Shown piece after piece: positions 63,178 through 64,000 of a DNA stretch of 64,000 bases (positions are counted from its first letter, which is position 1; each line of letters begins with the position of its first letter). Both the position numbers and the translations under genes were made by a program. The DNA is from Squalus acanthias (taxonomy: Eukaryota): the NCBI GenBank assembly GCA_030390025.1, contig CM059446.1:5952001-6016000 (forward strand), written 5' to 3'. The notes beneath the pieces were generated by a model. The model had not been told where the DNA came from. It saw only the letters and a program-made list of their open reading frames with translations, and ran no database searches.

Positions 63178-63490
63178 TGTAGAACCAGGGGTCACAGTCT
63201 CAGAATAAGGGGTCGGCCATTTAGGACTGAGATGAGAAGAAATTTCTTCACTCAGAGGGTTGTGAATCTTTGGAATTCTCTACCCCAGAGGACTGTGGAT
63301 GCTCATTAATCATTGAGTCTATTCAAGATGGAGATTGATAGATTGTCGGACTCTAGGGGAATCGAGGGATATGGGGATCGGGCGGGCAAGTGGAGATGAG
63401 GTAAAAGGTCAGCCATGATCTTATTGAATGGCGGAGCAGGCTCGAGGGGCCGAATGGCCGACTCCTGCTCCTATTTCTTGTGTTCTTATG
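63178..63490 (+). mobile_element. CR1 3' end
   Basis: Matches 43965-44268. Confidence 0.9.
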
Positions 63491-63764
63491 CTGAACCCGG
63501 AACTATCCGGAATTTGAGATACTTCACGTCCTAATTGATTTGGAGTTGCCTTTGTATCAGCAGGATGGTCTTTGGGCAATGGTGGCTGTCGGTATGTTGA
63601 AGATGTCAATCAAGAGGAATCAGCTGTCATTTTAACTTTTTTAAAGTTTAATCAGAAAAGTTTCATATGATACAATACAGTTTACTCCGAACTCAAAGTC
63701 ACGTAATTCAAATGATCTGAATGTAATTTTTTTAGCACTATTCCCACTTTGCCGTGTTATTTAA

Positions 63765-64000
63765 AACAACAACACCTTGCATTTATATAGCGTATTTAAC
63801 ATAGTAAAACATCCCAAGGCACTTCACAGGAATGATTATCAAACAAAATTTGACATCGAGCCGCAAAAGGAGATAGTAGAACAGGTGTCAAAAAGCTCGA
63901 TAAGGAGCATCTTAAAGGAGGAGAGAGAGGTGTAGAGGGGCGGAGAGATTTAGGGAGGGAATTCCAGAGCTTAGGGCCCAGGCAGCTGAAGGCACGACCG
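63765..64000 (-). mobile_element. L2-type LINE 3' end (runs off the window)
   Basis: Reverse-complement L2 tail. Confidence 0.85.

Noticed and set aside
45731-64000. Next CDH23 exon (expected GTTVRxITAIDQD-like peptide)
   Set aside because: Not found by eye in the remaining 18 kb; probably downstream of the window, though a short exon could have been missed.

Overview
Vertebrate genomic DNA, almost certainly from a cartilaginous fish (shark), judged from DeuSINE/SacSINE1-type, V-SINE/HE1-type and CR1 repeats. The window lies inside the 5' part of a cadherin-23 (CDH23) gene on the + strand. Four coding exons are recognisable: the 3' end of one at 1-24, then 7722-7814, 38409-38603 and 45602-45730. 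They encode the end of EC1 and EC2. The rest is intron, densely filled with CR1, L2 and a third LINE family, SINEs, Harbinger-like MITEs, Penelope-like element (PLE) fragments carrying minimal hammerhead ribozymes, and two minisatellites. Most notable: (1) two hammerhead-bearing PLE fragments sit at the same site in two different copies of one CR1 subfamily, and a third copy shows the empty site; (2) two compensating single-base indels in the 195-nt CDH23 exon create an in-frame TGA; (3) a tRNA-Ile-headed, poly(A)-tailed retro-insertion with a 15-bp target-site duplication (TSD); (4) a GIY-YIG Penelope element with inverted pseudo-LTRs (pLTRs) and a 12-bp TSD. Repeat boundaries were read by eye and are approximate. 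Family names come from recalled consensus features, not database searches.
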